Shown: one piece after another, positions 11,301 to 23,445 of the stretch | Numbering within the stretch: position 1 is the stretch's first letter | Layout: each line of letters begins with the position of its first letter | Origin: Felis catus | Lineage: Eukaryota | DNA length: 64,000 nt | Assembly: GCF_018350175.1 (NCBI RefSeq) | Contig: NC_058369.1 | Coordinates: 14,448,001-14,512,000, forward strand | Reading direction: 5' to 3' | Notes under the pieces: model-generated | What the model saw: only the letters and a program-made list of their open reading frames with translations | Told to the model about the DNA's origin: nothing | Database searches by the model: none | Position numbers and translations under genes: made by a program

Positions 11301-12694
11301 CCTCAGGTAGGAGTGAGCCTCGTCCCACTTGAGAGAGGAGAGCAGCACCCTGTAGGATGGTAAACCAGGGGACAGGTGGGAGGCACAGTGACGGGACAGA
11401 GGGGAGACCTCCCTCAACCAGCCAGTCAGAGCCGGCCGACGTTTCAACTTCTGCGACGCAGACACCAGGACTGTCTTGGAGAGGGCGTGGACCGGCCCTC
11501 CTGCCCGGCTACTCAGAAGAGGGTACTGGGTGGGCACTGGGGCTGCCAGCCCTCCTATGGCACTCTGAAGAGCAGGGGCTGCCACCCACAGCACCCTGAG
11601 TACAGCTGACGCTGGGCCATCTCCAGGAGGACACTGATGGATGGAGAAAGCGGCCGAGCCCCCATTTCCAGAAGAAAGATCAAGTCCCTGGGTCCCCCTC
11701 AGGTCCTTCTCCCCCCCACCACACTCACGCCTATCTCCCAGAAACAAACGGGGGGTGGGGATGACGCAGACGGGGCCAAATGTGCACGGGGGGGTGGTCG
11801 GATAGTGACAATAACAAAGATGGGGTCGCTGACCCTCCCCCCCGCTGGTATAATGCAGACGCCAACAACAGGTGATGGGGGTCAGGGCATTCCGGACATC
11901 ACCACAAACCAACCAGAGCAGATGCCTCAGTGCCAAGTTCCTTATCCAAGTGCTCCTAACACCCAGCCCAGCAGCTACCACACTGTTTCCTGAGCTGCCC
12001 CCTCCCAAGGGAAAGGGAATTCATCTCTTGAAGAAGTTCTTCCTGCCTCCAGAACATTCCTCTGCCTTCTGGTGCCAACAGAAGGAAGTCCCAGCTGGGC
12101 CACACCCAAATCCCTCATTCACAGGATCTGTTTCTCCCTCTCGGCATCTAGTTCTCCTCGGACCCCAAACCTTAAGGAGATTATTTTCCAGGGATTATTT
12201 ACCCCTCCCCGACCGTGTCCTGAAATGGTCACGGGCCACACTTGTGGTTGGCCTGGTTACAGGACACCCACACCTTACCTTGGTGATCACAGCCAGTGAG
12301 GACAGCGGGTGAGCGCTGAACACACTCCCGTTCCGTCTCTTAACTCTCGCGAAAAAGGCCAGAACCTAGATCCATCGGAGACACGGGAGACAACACGATA
12401 CGCGTTTGTGATGCAGGGAACACCAGAGGCGTTCCGATGAATGCTGTGTGGCCATTTAACAAGAGTCGGGGGACCCAAAAGAATCAGCAATTCAGGTTCA
12501 CAGCTTGAGGCCAACGTGGATTTTTGAAGCTCGTTCATCTCTCTCTCCCAAGGCACGCCAGATTCTCACCTTTATATCTGACCAGTTCCCCAAAGGCACC
12601 AGGCTGTGGGGTCACGTGGCGTGGACTACGCGAACCCGGACTGACTCCTAGCGGTGGCCTGGCACATGGCAGATTTCTGCCATTCTCAGATTTA

Positions 12695-12909
12695 ATTTTT
12701 TTTTTTCAACGATTATTTATTTTTGGGACAGAGAGAGACAGAGCATGAACGGGGGAGGGGCAGAGAGAGAGGGAGACACAGAATTGGAAACAGGCTCCAG
12801 GCTCTGAGCCATCAGCCCAGAGCCCGACGCGGGGCTCGAACTCACGGACCGCGAGATCGTGACCTGGCTGAAGTCGGACGCTTAACCGACTGCGCCACCC
12901 AGGCGCCCC
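12695..12909 (-). mobile_element. Full-length young felid CanSINE (SINEC_Fc-like)
   Basis: Reverse strand begins GGGGCGCCTGGGTGGCGCAGTCGGTTAAGCGTCCGACTTC, with CpGs retained. Perfect TSD CATTCTCAGATTTA at 12681-12694 and 12910-12923. Confidence 0.95.
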
Positions 12910-12945
12910 CATTCTCAGATTTATACTAAAGGACTGTCCATCACT

Positions 12946-13005
12946 GATCTGCCATTCAAATCTAACTGGGCGTCATATGTTTTCATTTGTTAGGTCTGGT
13001 CACCC
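12946..13005. mobile_element. MER53-like (hAT MITE) terminal fragment
   Basis: attcaaatctaactgggcgtcatatgttttcatttgttaggtctggtcaccct resembles the recalled MER53 end (...ttcaaatttaactgggcgtcc...tctggcaaccct). Confidence 0.5.
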
Positions 13006-15134
13006 TGGAGGCTCAATAAGATCTTTGAATAAAAGGAGTGTAAGCCTGAAACCAGAGAGCTGGAAGATTACGGAATCCAAATAACGAGAATTTTACTGGT
13101 GGGAAACAGAGCTCACGGTGCCTTGCAGGATGGTTCCTTCTTCCCATCAGAGTAAAAGCTCACCTCCTCCCAGCCTCTCCCACCTCATCCCTGCGCACAG
13201 GCTTGCCGGCCACTCTCTGTCCCGTACTTGGTGCCACCTCAGGACGGTGGCACCTACTATTCCCCTCTGCCCAGAAGGCTCGTTTCCCGGGTCTCTGCTC
13301 AAATCCGCCTGCTTGCAAGCCCATGGCTCCTGCCTTGGCCAGTCACTGTGTCACACCCTTGACTACTTTTCATCCTCATCATCGGTAGTTGAAATTACCT
13401 CGCTCGCTTCTCTGTCAGTCTGTCCCTTCCCACTCGACTCGCTCACCCCAGCATCCAGACAGGTGATCACAGGCCTCTGAGTAGCGATGGGTGACAACTC
13501 CAATGGGGAACCTGGGCCTTATACTGAAGCTCCTACCCCAACCCCATCTCTCCCTGTGCTCTTAGCTCCTGGCTCTCAGCATCGCCTGGAGCAGGAATGA
13601 AGGTTTCCAAGACCAGGTGGTTCTAGGGAACTCCTAGATTAGTAAGATTAGTAAAATTAGTAAGAAGGTAAGTTAGTCTCTAAAGCTAGGCAAAAGTTGT
13701 GGTTCAGGCTTTCCCAACCCAGGACATGTAGAAATAAATACCCCTGCTCCAAGTATCCTAGGAATTCTCCCCTCCTTGGAAGGCCCCAGTGCAGGGGCTT
13801 CTAGGGCTTTCTCTGGCGGACAGCAAGCTGCTTCGTTCTCAGGAACATTCTAGAGGCTGGAACCAACCCCTCCACCCCCAGGACAGTTCTGAATCACTAA
13901 TTGAGGTTGGTTACTTGAGTCTGTGGTGAGAAGCATCACTCGCCAGACCACTTGCTTTCAATTTAAGAGATCAGAGCCTATGGACTGACTGTACCTCTGT
14001 GCGTGCACAAAATCAAAAGTGGGCCTCATATGTCTGCATATGGACTGGCACCCCCCTGGAGGGACATGAAAGAGCCTGATGTCACAGCCTGTGGGCAAGG
14101 AGACAGGAGGCCTGAAATTTGGAGTGAGAGAGAGAGATGCCTCCTCCTGGTGCCTTTGTCCTTGAACAAATGAGTGAACTTTTGAAAGATTAAAACCGAA
14201 AGGACAAACTAAGGTGGAGGCACTACGTGGCCTCTTTCATGCCAGGCCATCCTTGAAATGCTCACCTTGCCATCTGTCCACTGCCAGCCCCATGTAGGTC
14301 TGCAGGGGAAAGAGAGGAGACTCTGTGCTGCACAGATCTGTTTCTATAGTATTTACATGTCTGGGGGGAAATCTCTTTCTCCCGGCTCTCTTGTCTATGC
14401 TTCGGCAACAATCCAGAAGGAAATTCTCATGAAGAAGCCCAGAGCCTTGGTGATCAGATGTGTCAGAGGCTGAGCAACAGGAAGGACAAGCCTGGCCCAG
14501 TCTGGGTGGAAGCCAAGGCAGGGAGCCCTGATGGCCGGCTGCTTCCCCACAGACTGGCCCAAAGGCCTTAACACGGAGGACGGGGACAGCTCAGCAGTGA
14601 CAGGGAAACTTCTTTCGCTAAGGCACACGTGAGACCTTTAGGGCATGATTCCTGAGTGCTCAGAGCTCCTTGGGGACTGCCGAATTCCGCCCAAGACAGG
14701 AGTCCAAACCCCGGATCCCCAAGCTGCCTGTTCTGCTCCTGGAGTTTAAACGACCATGAAGGTACAGTGAATTTCTGGCCTTTAAGACTCAGTCAGGCTC
14801 AGCCCAGACAGCGGCTTGGTCCTTGCTTTGTTGTCGAGCTAAGTTGTACCCTCTCTGCGTACTCCTCACTTGGGAAATGTAGGAGGTGGACTAGCTGATT
14901 TCTTAACTTCTTCTCTGGGATATCCAACATAGGATTATCTATGCGAAGAGGGGACACAGAGGAGAGAAATGAAGAGGCATTAAGAAATTGTGGGTGACTC
15001 AAGAATTTAATGTTTATAGGTAATTGACCATGGGTAGATTAACTGCGTGTGTGTATTTATTATGTGTATATTGAGGAATGTAGTTCTATTCTCTGGGACT
15101 ATATTATGTACTAGAGATAAAAAAGAAAGAAACA

Positions 15135-15346
15135 GGGAGGCCTGGGTGGCTCAGTCCATTAAGCGTCCGACTTCGGCTCAAGTCATGATCTCATGGTTCG
15201 TCGGTTCGAGCCCCGCGTCGGGCTCTGGGCTGATAGCTCAGAGCCTGGAGCCAGCTTCAGATTCTGTGTCCCCCTCTGTCTGCCCCTCCACTGCTTGCAC
15301 TCTGTCTCTCGCATTGTCTCAAAAATAAATAAATGTTAAAAAAAAA
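15135..15346 (+). mobile_element. CanSINE
   Basis: gggaggcctgggtggctcagtc...gttcgagcccc (A and B boxes), CT-rich segment, aaaataaataaa tail. Confidence 0.92.
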
Positions 15347-16036
15347 TTTTTTTTAATGCACAAAAACTAAAGGATTATGAACAGAAAACGTTAAGTCACC
15401 AACACACTCATGGCCTCCGCAGGTGGAAAGCCTTTGGCTGGAGTCGGGGATTTCGTCCTTCACTCTGGACCTTCCTGCCTCTCCATGCTGCAGCCCAAAG
15501 ACCTGTGACCACGCCCAGCTCTAGTTTGAGGTGGCCGGGAAGACTTTGGGGGAGAGAGCAGACAATTGCAAAGATTTCAGGATGGGAATTCAGACCTAGG
15601 TTCTGGTTTTGTTTATTTGTGACCCCGGCCGAATAAAAAACCCTGAACCTCAGCTGTATCCCCTCCCAAATGGGGCACTATTCCTTGACCCCATACAACT
15701 ACTAAGAGAGGGAGATGTAGTGAGGGAGGCAAAAGCTGGCTTAGCCAAGGGCAGCATGCTGAACCAGCCCTTTTCAAATCATAAACAACGTTCTACCGAC
15801 TGTGAGTTCGCCAAGATGTTGATGGGTGTTCTTAGAATAAAAGAAAACAGATCACATGGTCAAGGAAGTTTGCAATATACCACAATAACATCCATTATCA
15901 ATAGTAAAGGTTTAGCAAAATCCTGTAGCTGACAAAATAATTTAACAGAGAAATTAATCATAGAATCCCTATTGAATATCTTGAGGCATTCTAATGTCCC
16001 ATGGAGTCCAGAGAGGGGCATTTTGTGCCGATTAAT

Positions 16037-16487
16037 GTATCCCCATGGGGGATACATTCCAAGACACCCAATGGATGCCTGAAACCACAGATACTACTGA
16101 ACCCTATATATACTATGGATTTTGCTCTATATACATACCTATGATAAAGTTTAATTTATAAATTAGGCACAGCAAGGCACAGTAACTAATAATAGAATAA
16201 TTATAACAATACAATGTAATAAAAGTTAAGTGAATGTGGTGTCTCACATTCTCTCAAAATATTTTATTGTATTGTACTTAACCCTTCTTCTTGTGATGAT
16301 GTGAGATGATAAAATTCATACACAATGAGATGAAGTGAGGTGAAGGACGTAGGGACTGTGACACAGCATTGGGTTACTGTTGACCTTCTGACAATACCTC
16401 AGAAGGAGGATCGTCTACGTCCAGACCATCATTTGCCCACGAGTAACTGAAACCACGGAAAAGGTGTGGATAAGGTGATACTGCTGT
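16037..16487. mobile_element. MER44 (Tigger7-derived, TcMar) DNA-transposon relic
   Basis: Start gggggatacattccaagacacccaatggatgcctgaaaccacagat, internal tatgataaagtttaatttataaattaggcacag, and end gtaactgaaaccacggaaa...ggataagg match the recalled MER44 consensus. Confidence 0.8.
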
Positions 16488-16664
16488 GAGGCATCATTCC
16501 AGAATGACGCATCCCAGGGAGAAACTGGAGTGAAGGGAGGGCCACGGGAGGACTTTGAATGCCAAGCTAAGATTCAACCTTCGGTGCTGAAAGTTTCAGA
16601 AACATCTTCTTCTTAATCACAAAAGCAATACAATACCAGCCTCCTTAAAAATGGAAGTTTTTGG

Positions 16665-16878
16665 GGGGCGCCTGGGTGGCTCAGTCGGTTGAGCGGCCGA
16701 CTTCGGCTCAGGTCACGATCTCGCGGTCCGTGGGTTCGAGCCTCGCGTCGGGCTCTGTGCTGACAGCTCGGAGCCTGGAGCCTGTTTCGGATTCTCTCTC
16801 TCCCTCTCTGCCTCTCCCCCCCCCCCACTCTCTCTGTCTCTCTCTCAAAATAAATAAGTAAATTTAAAATAAAAAAAG
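16665..16878 (+). mobile_element. CanSINE
   Basis: Full tRNA head, CT/C-rich segment and A-rich tail. Confidence 0.93.
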
Positions 16879-16970
16879 AATTCTCCAGAGATTTAAGAGC
16901 TTTCAGCCTAGGACACTGGAAAGTGATGTTAGTGCAAAAGAAAAGAGTGATAAAGGCTAACTAGTTTAAA

Positions 16971-17184
16971 ATTTTTTTTTTCAACGTTTATTTATTTTTG
17001 GGACAGAGAGAGACAGAGCATGAACGGGGGAGGGGCAGAGAGAGAGGGAGACACAGAATCGGAAACAGGTTCCAGGCTCTGAGCCATCAGCCCAGAGCCT
17101 GATGCGGGGCTCGAACCCACGGACCGCGAGATCGTGACCTGGCTGAAGTCGGACGCTTAACCGACTGCACCACCCAGGCGCCCC
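16971..17184 (-). mobile_element. Full-length young felid CanSINE
   Basis: Near-identical to the other young copies. Perfect 18-bp TSD AAGGCTAACTAGTTTAAA at 16953-16970 and 17185-17202. Confidence 0.95.
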
Positions 17185-19629
17185 AAGGCTAACTAGTTTA
17201 AAGGATAGGGCTCCCTCTCCCTTTTCTCTGCCATTATGGTGTGTGTAATTGACTCTGTGCCTCGCCATGTCTTCTTACATGACTTTCAGGATCAAGGGAT
17301 TCTTGGTTGAGAAACAAAAGCAGACTCATCCCATTTCCAAGTGGGTTTCGATGAAAATTAGTGATAAAATCAGGTATAACTCTAAGAAGAGACGTTGGAG
17401 AAGAACCAAACTGAATCTATAAGTCACTTGCGAGACGGCACACATAGTTATACTGTCTCAAGGTCACTAACATCTTACCATGTCATATTGAAAAGGTCAC
17501 TACTCTTTCTGGGTAGGTGGACATGTTTTATTAGGCAAATAATGTTTTTCTCCCTTTGTGCTTCTGCACTAGTAGGTTGGTTCAGTAATAAATATATGAG
17601 AACTTTTGTTTGGGGGGAAAAACAGAATGGAGAATGGATCAAAGAGAAAGACATCAAATTTTGTCTGGAACACGTTCAGATGTTGGGGTTGAGTCACATC
17701 CCATGTAGAAAGGAAGGAGATCCTAGATAGGAAGTCAAGCTGACTGGAAATACACATCTGGGAGCTCCTAAGAGTTCCACTCCTCGAAGGGATTCATTCT
17801 CTGAAGAAACACAGAGGGCACAGAGGAGTAGCAAGACAGGAGCAGCCTGGCAGAATTTCCAGGTAAATTGGCACGAAGACTGAGCAGGAGACCAGAAGAG
17901 GCAAGTTCCCCAGAAGCCATGAAAGACATTTCAAGGAGTACGGAGTGTCCTCTAGACGCTGGAGGTTGGCGAAAAGGCGGACCAAGAAGAGGGGAATCAC
18001 TGACTTCTCAGTAATTTGAGAGAAGGGTTTTAGTGGCAGGATTAGATTCCAGCCTGACAGGAAGAAGGAATGGCAAGGGAATGAAAGCATTTAGGCCAGG
18101 TCTACAGGTGTGATATGCATGCCACTTGGAGGCAGACAGGGAGTCACTTCAGTCCTAGGGCGCAGGACTGTTTTGTCTCAAGGAAGAGAGAGGTTAAGGG
18201 AAGGCTCTGAAACGCAGCCGAGTGAAACCCCTGACCTGGGTTTTAGGCTCAGATGTAACTGCTTGTCTGGGATGCCAAAGGCCTTCAGATTCCGCAGAAC
18301 CTCAAGGGGAATTCTCCACTGGCGGCAGTAAAGCAACTCTTTTCCATCCAGCACAGCAGTTGGCTTCTCCCTTTGCATGCAAAGTGGCCACACATGTCTA
18401 AAATGAACTTGCTCCTGCTCAGAAATACTTTGATTCCTGGTTGGGAAAGTTACCCTTTTGGGTTAGTAGTCTTCTGGGCTGTAGGCATGTAGGTGTAGAC
18501 AATACTTTTTGCTTCAGCAAAGGGTTATCACTAATCCCATTTAATTATGTCAATAAGAATCAGGTAAGATTTGTTACTAGAGTCCAGGTTTTTGATCTAG
18601 AGACTAAAAAAGCCAGGCAGAAAGGGCTTCTGGGCTCCATCTGGACTTAATTCTAGATTTTCTAGCCTGGATAATTCAGGGGCTACCTGACTTTCTCTTG
18701 GGGAAGCAGGAGGGTGACAGGTCAAACTCTTGAATTGGTAGTGTCTATTTCTCTCTGGAACCAGACACTGACTTTTTATCATCTTTTCCCTGGGAGAGCC
18801 AAGGCGAATTCCAATGGATCTGCTAAAGGATGCAGGTTTCAGTAGATTAACAATTCACATATGTGAACCTCATAGTGCTTGGCAAACCCAAATGGATTTT
18901 GCAGTCCAACAATCTTAGAAGGCAATAATGGAAGGGCACTTTGCTCTGGGCACCTGAACTGCCACTGTCATCGAGTGCCATCAAAGGACTTTAACATTTG
19001 CGCTTAGGTCCCTTCCCACTGGAATTAACCAGCTGTCATTCTTCATTGTTAGCGGCCACTCTACCTTGTCCGAGACCATGACACCAATAGGGGGTCTCTG
19101 TAGGCTGGCACCCACCAGGCCCTCATTTTTCTAACTACCACTGAGGCCCTGCCTTCCTTGCTGCCTGTGAAGTCACCTGGCTCACTTCCTGTTTCCCTAT
19201 TTGGATGTGAATGTCACTTAGCCAGTTTGCCCACATGATTTCCCAGACCTAGGAAGGGACACGCCTTGATGCAGAGAGATGCAATCCAAGGCAGAGAGAT
19301 GTAATCGCTGTTACCACTGTGGAAAGGAAAGCCATCCTTGGTATGGATCACATGTTCTCTCCATTTTTTATGTCAGAAGCTGTGCTCACGTCATCCATTT
19401 TGGTGGGGCATTTCGCTCCCTCTGATCAATGTCCATTTGCCTTGGGCTCTTCCAGGATACAATTTTCCAGCCAAATGAGGTTTTCGTTTTACGTTTAGGA
19501 TTCCAGACTTCACGGACATCCCTTAATCCAACATCTCTGCCTCTAGGCAATGCCTTTTTCCAGAGAGTAAGGAAATTCTGTACATTCTTAAAATAAAAAG
19601 GTGAAACATAATTATAGGCCCTGACATTT

Positions 19630-19855
19630 AAAAAATTTTTTTTAATGTTTATTTATTATTTTTGAAAGAGAGACAGAGACAGAGAGAATGAGTGGGGGAG
19701 GGGCAGAGAGAGAAAGGGAGACACAGAATCCAAAGCAGGCTCCAGGCTCCGAGCTGTCAGCACAGAGCCTGATGTGGGGCTTGAGCTCACGGATTACGAG
19801 ATCATGACCCGAGCTGAAGGTGGACGCTTAACCGACTGAGCCCCTCAGGCACCCC
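19630..19855 (-). mobile_element. CanSINE
   Basis: Full body. TSD TAGG(C/T)CCTGACATTT at 19615-19629 and 19856-19870, with 1 mismatch. Confidence 0.93.
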
Positions 19856-21107
19856 TAGGTCCTGACATTTCTAAGGATTGGTCTGGAAATCACACCAGAT
19901 TTCCCTGAAATAACCTTACTTCATTTGCAATCTCCCTTTGACAAAGTTAATTTCGGTGGCCTTGACCCTGATTATGGTCCCTCACTTGCCCTTTGCTCTT
20001 ACTAGACCTGTATCCAGAACCTTCTCACAGCTTGCCTCAGAGAGAAGTAAGGCTCAGGAAGTTTTTGGTTCTCAACATGTCTCTGCTTGACAGAAGGACT
20101 CATAGGTCCCCCTTCTTCTCCCCTTTCCCGCACATAGGCCCAAAGTGAGATTAAGGCGATGCACGTTTAGGATCCGGCCATAAAGTAGCAGTGGGAGGTG
20201 AACAAGTCACAGTTACCTTCTAGGCTGAGCTGCTCTTTGATCCCAGTTCAGTTCAGTAACTATAATAACACTGAGGGGTTACTTAAAGGAATAAGTCTGC
20301 AGCCCCGCTCTCAGGAAGCATCTTGCTTAGTGGCTGGAATAAAAGGAAAAGCTCCTGAGTCCTACTGGGCACCACGCACGGTCCAAGGCATTTTGAGCTC
20401 ACACTCCTCAGGGTGACCTTGAGAGACTGGCGCTCTCATTTCTGATATGGCTGAGGAAAGTAACTGGCCTAGCTCCTGGGGGTTCAACAGCAGCTCTGCG
20501 GGCCACCAAGTTCTGAGTGTTTATTGTCCACCCAGACCGCCTCAGACACTTGCAGAATATGGGAACCGTTACAACAGAGGCGCAAACAAGGGGATCTGGG
20601 AACACACTATCTTGTTTCCAGTGACTTCCTTCCCTAGCCAAGGACTCTGTCACCCTTGCCACTTGGGTCCAGGCTGAGCTCAGTCAGGGAATCAGGCTCC
20701 ACAGGACCCATTCCTGTGACTCTCAGAATTTATCCTTTACTTTTCTTTCAGGAATGTCAGTCCACACAATAATCCTTTCCACTGCGGCTTCATGGTTTAC
20801 AAACAGTTTTACATCATTATCTCATTTAATCACATTCCTACATCTTGGTACATCTTTAGTACAACATTCTGTCTTGCCTGACAGGCTTGTTTCCCTTTAC
20901 TGCATTCATCTTGGCTGACAAGTTCCATCCTATATGTAATTCAGGTATCTCGGTACCTTGCGCATTTGTGTGCACAAAGTGGGGGAGATCAGAGTTTGCC
21001 ATGTTGACTCCTCACAGTGTTCGTGGGTCTTTCTCGTTGCTGCCTTCTTCACCCCTTTGATTCAAGGGTCGTTTTGGTTGTCTACTAAGAGCAAAGCTGG
21101 GTTCTTT

Positions 21108-21326
21108 GTTGTTGTTGTTGTTTATTTACAAGTAATCTCCACACCCACAGTGGGACGTCAAACTCAAGAGTTGCATGCTTTCCCGACTGAGCCAGCCAGG
21201 TGCCCCAAAGCTGGGTTCTTTAAAAGATTTTATTTTTAAGTGATCTCTATACCCAACGTGGGTTTGAACTCAATACCGTGAGATCAAGACTGGCATGCTC
21301 TACCAACCGAGCCAGCCAGGTTCCCT
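21108..21326 (-). mobile_element. Two tandem short tRNA-derived carnivore SINEs (no CT segment)
   Basis: Two copies of aagt(a/g)atctc...gagccagccagg, separated and flanked by three copies of the target AAAG(C/A)T(G/A)GGTTCTTT. Confidence 0.85.
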
Positions 21327-22203
21327 AAAGATAGGTTCTTTGAGGGGGAAATCAGCCAACGAGTGAGTTCAGATTAACAGCGGGAAGATGCCTGGTGGGC
21401 CATGGTTGGGGCTACAGCAGGGGTGCAAACACTGCAGTTTGAGTGACTGATAAATTTTGTCTGGGGGGTGGGTGGGAAGCAGGAATGCTTCCTGGAAGGG
21501 CCCCACCCAGCAGAGAAGGAAACGGCCCAAAGAGCTCAACAGGGCACAGAATCAGGAATGGCCACAAATTTGACCCTTGGGAAAGAGTAAAAGAGCAGCA
21601 CAGAAAAATATTGTCAAAGAGAGAGAGAGAAAAGAGGGCTAAATGGGTAGCTTTTCCAAAAAGGAAGTATTTAATTCCCCAAAATTTTCTAGGAAAGAAG
21701 AGTCTGATGGTCACATTTCTCAGGAAAAGGGGAACGGTTACTGCAACAAGGACACTGCTTAGAAAAACCCCAGGGAGCACAACTGCCTGACATTTCTTTA
21801 GTGAAAGGGATGAGGGGACAAAAATCTCCTGCAATTCCGCTCTGGAGAAAGAGGTGCTTGAAGTTGCAAATTTCTCCTCTGGTGCGTGCGTGGGGGGTGG
21901 GGTGGGGTGGACTGTGTGTGGACATACAAGGGAGGAATTTCCCAAGTTATCTTCAGAGATGAGGGTCAGGGAGGGAGAGGGCGGTGGCCCCGAGTAGTGC
22001 TCAGAAAAGAGGCAGAGTATGCCCCCCAAATACTGTCCAAGAAAGGCAGTGGGCCGAGTGCCCCAAATTCCCTTCAGTCAAAGGGTCAAGGGCCCTAACC
22101 TCGACACATTTTCTTTGAAAACAGAGCTGGGGGTCGCGAATCTACAAAGTCATCCTCATCCTGGCAATTCGCAGAAAAGTCGGCAAGGCAAAAATCGCCA
22201 AAA

Positions 22204-22375
22204 CTTTTCTCAGAAGAGGGCCAGAGCAAGAACCTCCAAGATTCTCTTTAGAAGAGGGGCCAGGAGCAAGATTCCTGGATTCTCCTCAGAATGAGGGGCT
22301 AGCAAACGAATTCTGAAGATTCTCTTCAGAACGGGGGCCAAGGACAAGAATTTCCAGGATTCTTCTCAGAAGAAG
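22204..22375. repeat. Degenerate 38-40-bp tandem repeat (about 4.3 units)
   Basis: Units start near 22204, 22242, 22280, 22320 and 22360; consensus approximately TTCTCYTCAGAAGAGGGGCCAGGAGCAAGAATTCCAGGA. Confidence 0.85.
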
Positions 22376-22459
22376 TCGAACCCACAACTCTTGTCAGAAA
22401 AGAGCGCAGAGGGGGAAAGAATCCCCTCGGGAACAAGGCCGAGCCACTGGTTGTCCAGT

Positions 22460-23445
22460 CTCCTCCGAGCGCGCCTCACGCGGCCCCGCCCACCGCCCGG
22501 CGTAACCGCCCCACACCCGCCCTGCCCAGGCCCTCTCCGGTGCATTGTGGGTGGGGCGCCCCTGCTGAGCACTGCGGGGAACCCCCTGCCCAGCCAGTTG
22601 TCGGCCGCCGGGCGGCCCAGCCGAAACGCCCTCCGGGGTCCGAGCGAGCCGGCCAAGAATTGACGCGTCCCCAAGTCCCCGCCCCTCTTGGCGTTCCCGC
22701 CCCGGAGCCGAAGCCCCGCCCCCGAAAAACAGCGACTGGCCCTGAGGCCCGCTCCACTCTCCCATTGGCAGGTCGCCTGTCAGTCACGCCGTCCCACCCC
22801 CTCGGGCCCGCCCAGGCCGCCGGCGCGATCCCGAGGGCCAGCCGGCTCGCGCACTCATTGGCTGTCCGGCACTGTCCGTCGTGAGGCTGGCCACGCCCAC
22901 GGTGGGGCGCGGACCCCGAGAGCCTCGGCCGGACCTCATTGGCCTGCGGCGCCGCCACTCGACGAGACGCGCCTCAACCCGGAAGTGTGCGAGGCGAAAT
23001 CTGCCTAGCAACCGGGGAAGCCGGGCTGCGAAGCGGGCAATTTCAGTGTGAGAAGGAGCGGCGAGACCGAGCGGCGGCTCCGAGCGCGGCGCGGCGGCTC
23101 CTCCCGCCCGGGGTCAGCGCCCCGGCGCGCGCACGCGCACCCCCGCCACCCGAGCGCGCTCCGCGCCGCCCGCGCAGTCGGTCGGTCGGCCGTCTGTCGT
23201 CCTGTCGCCGCCGCCGCCGCCGCCGCGGGCGCCACCTGAGGGAGCCGTCGCCGCGGGACCTGAGCGGACCGGACCGGACCCCGCCTCCCGAGGCCGCCCG
23301 GGGCCCAGCAGCCACCCGCGGAGGCGCCGAGCAACTTCGGTGAGTGAGGGGCCGGCGCCGCTGGTGGCGGGTCCCCGGCTTCCGGTGCCCCGGGCTTCTC
23401 TGGGGCTTCCGCTTCTCTGAGGGGACCGCCTCCGGTGCGCGGACC
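22460..23445. promoter_or_regulatory. GATAD2A: CpG island 1 / distal GATAD2A promoter
   Basis: Very high GC and CpG content. GC boxes (CCCCGCCC near 22484, 22677, 22714), three reverse CCAAT boxes (ATTGG at 22764, 22857, 22938), KLF-type CCACGCCC at 22891, ETS CCGGAAGTG at 22979-22987, RFX-like CCTAGCAAC at 23004-23012, NRF1-like CGCGCACGCGCA at 23128-23139. Confidence 0.9.
23045..23339 (+). other. GATAD2A: GATAD2A non-coding first exon 1a (transcription start approximate)
   Basis: Ends GAGCAACTTCG|GTGAGT (consensus donor at 23340). The text resembles the recalled human GATAD2A 5' UTR, and GATAD2A is the known downstream neighbour of MAU2. The exon contains no ATG. Confidence 0.8.

Noticed and set aside
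11244..12008. 254-aa minus-strand ORF
   Set aside because: Non-ATG start, no recognisable domain or exon structure, overlap with an L2-like remnant, and GC-rich context.
15135..15215. tRNA-like A/B boxes (TGGCTCAGTC...GTTCGAGCCCC) here and in other copies
   Set aside because: These are the tRNA-derived heads of SINEs; there is no complete cloverleaf, and they continue into CT-rich and poly(A) segments.
21412..22029. 205-aa hydrophobic minus-strand ORF upstream of the promoter
   Set aside because: The Phe/Leu/Ser/Pro richness follows from the pyrimidine skew of that strand; non-ATG start and no homology recognised.
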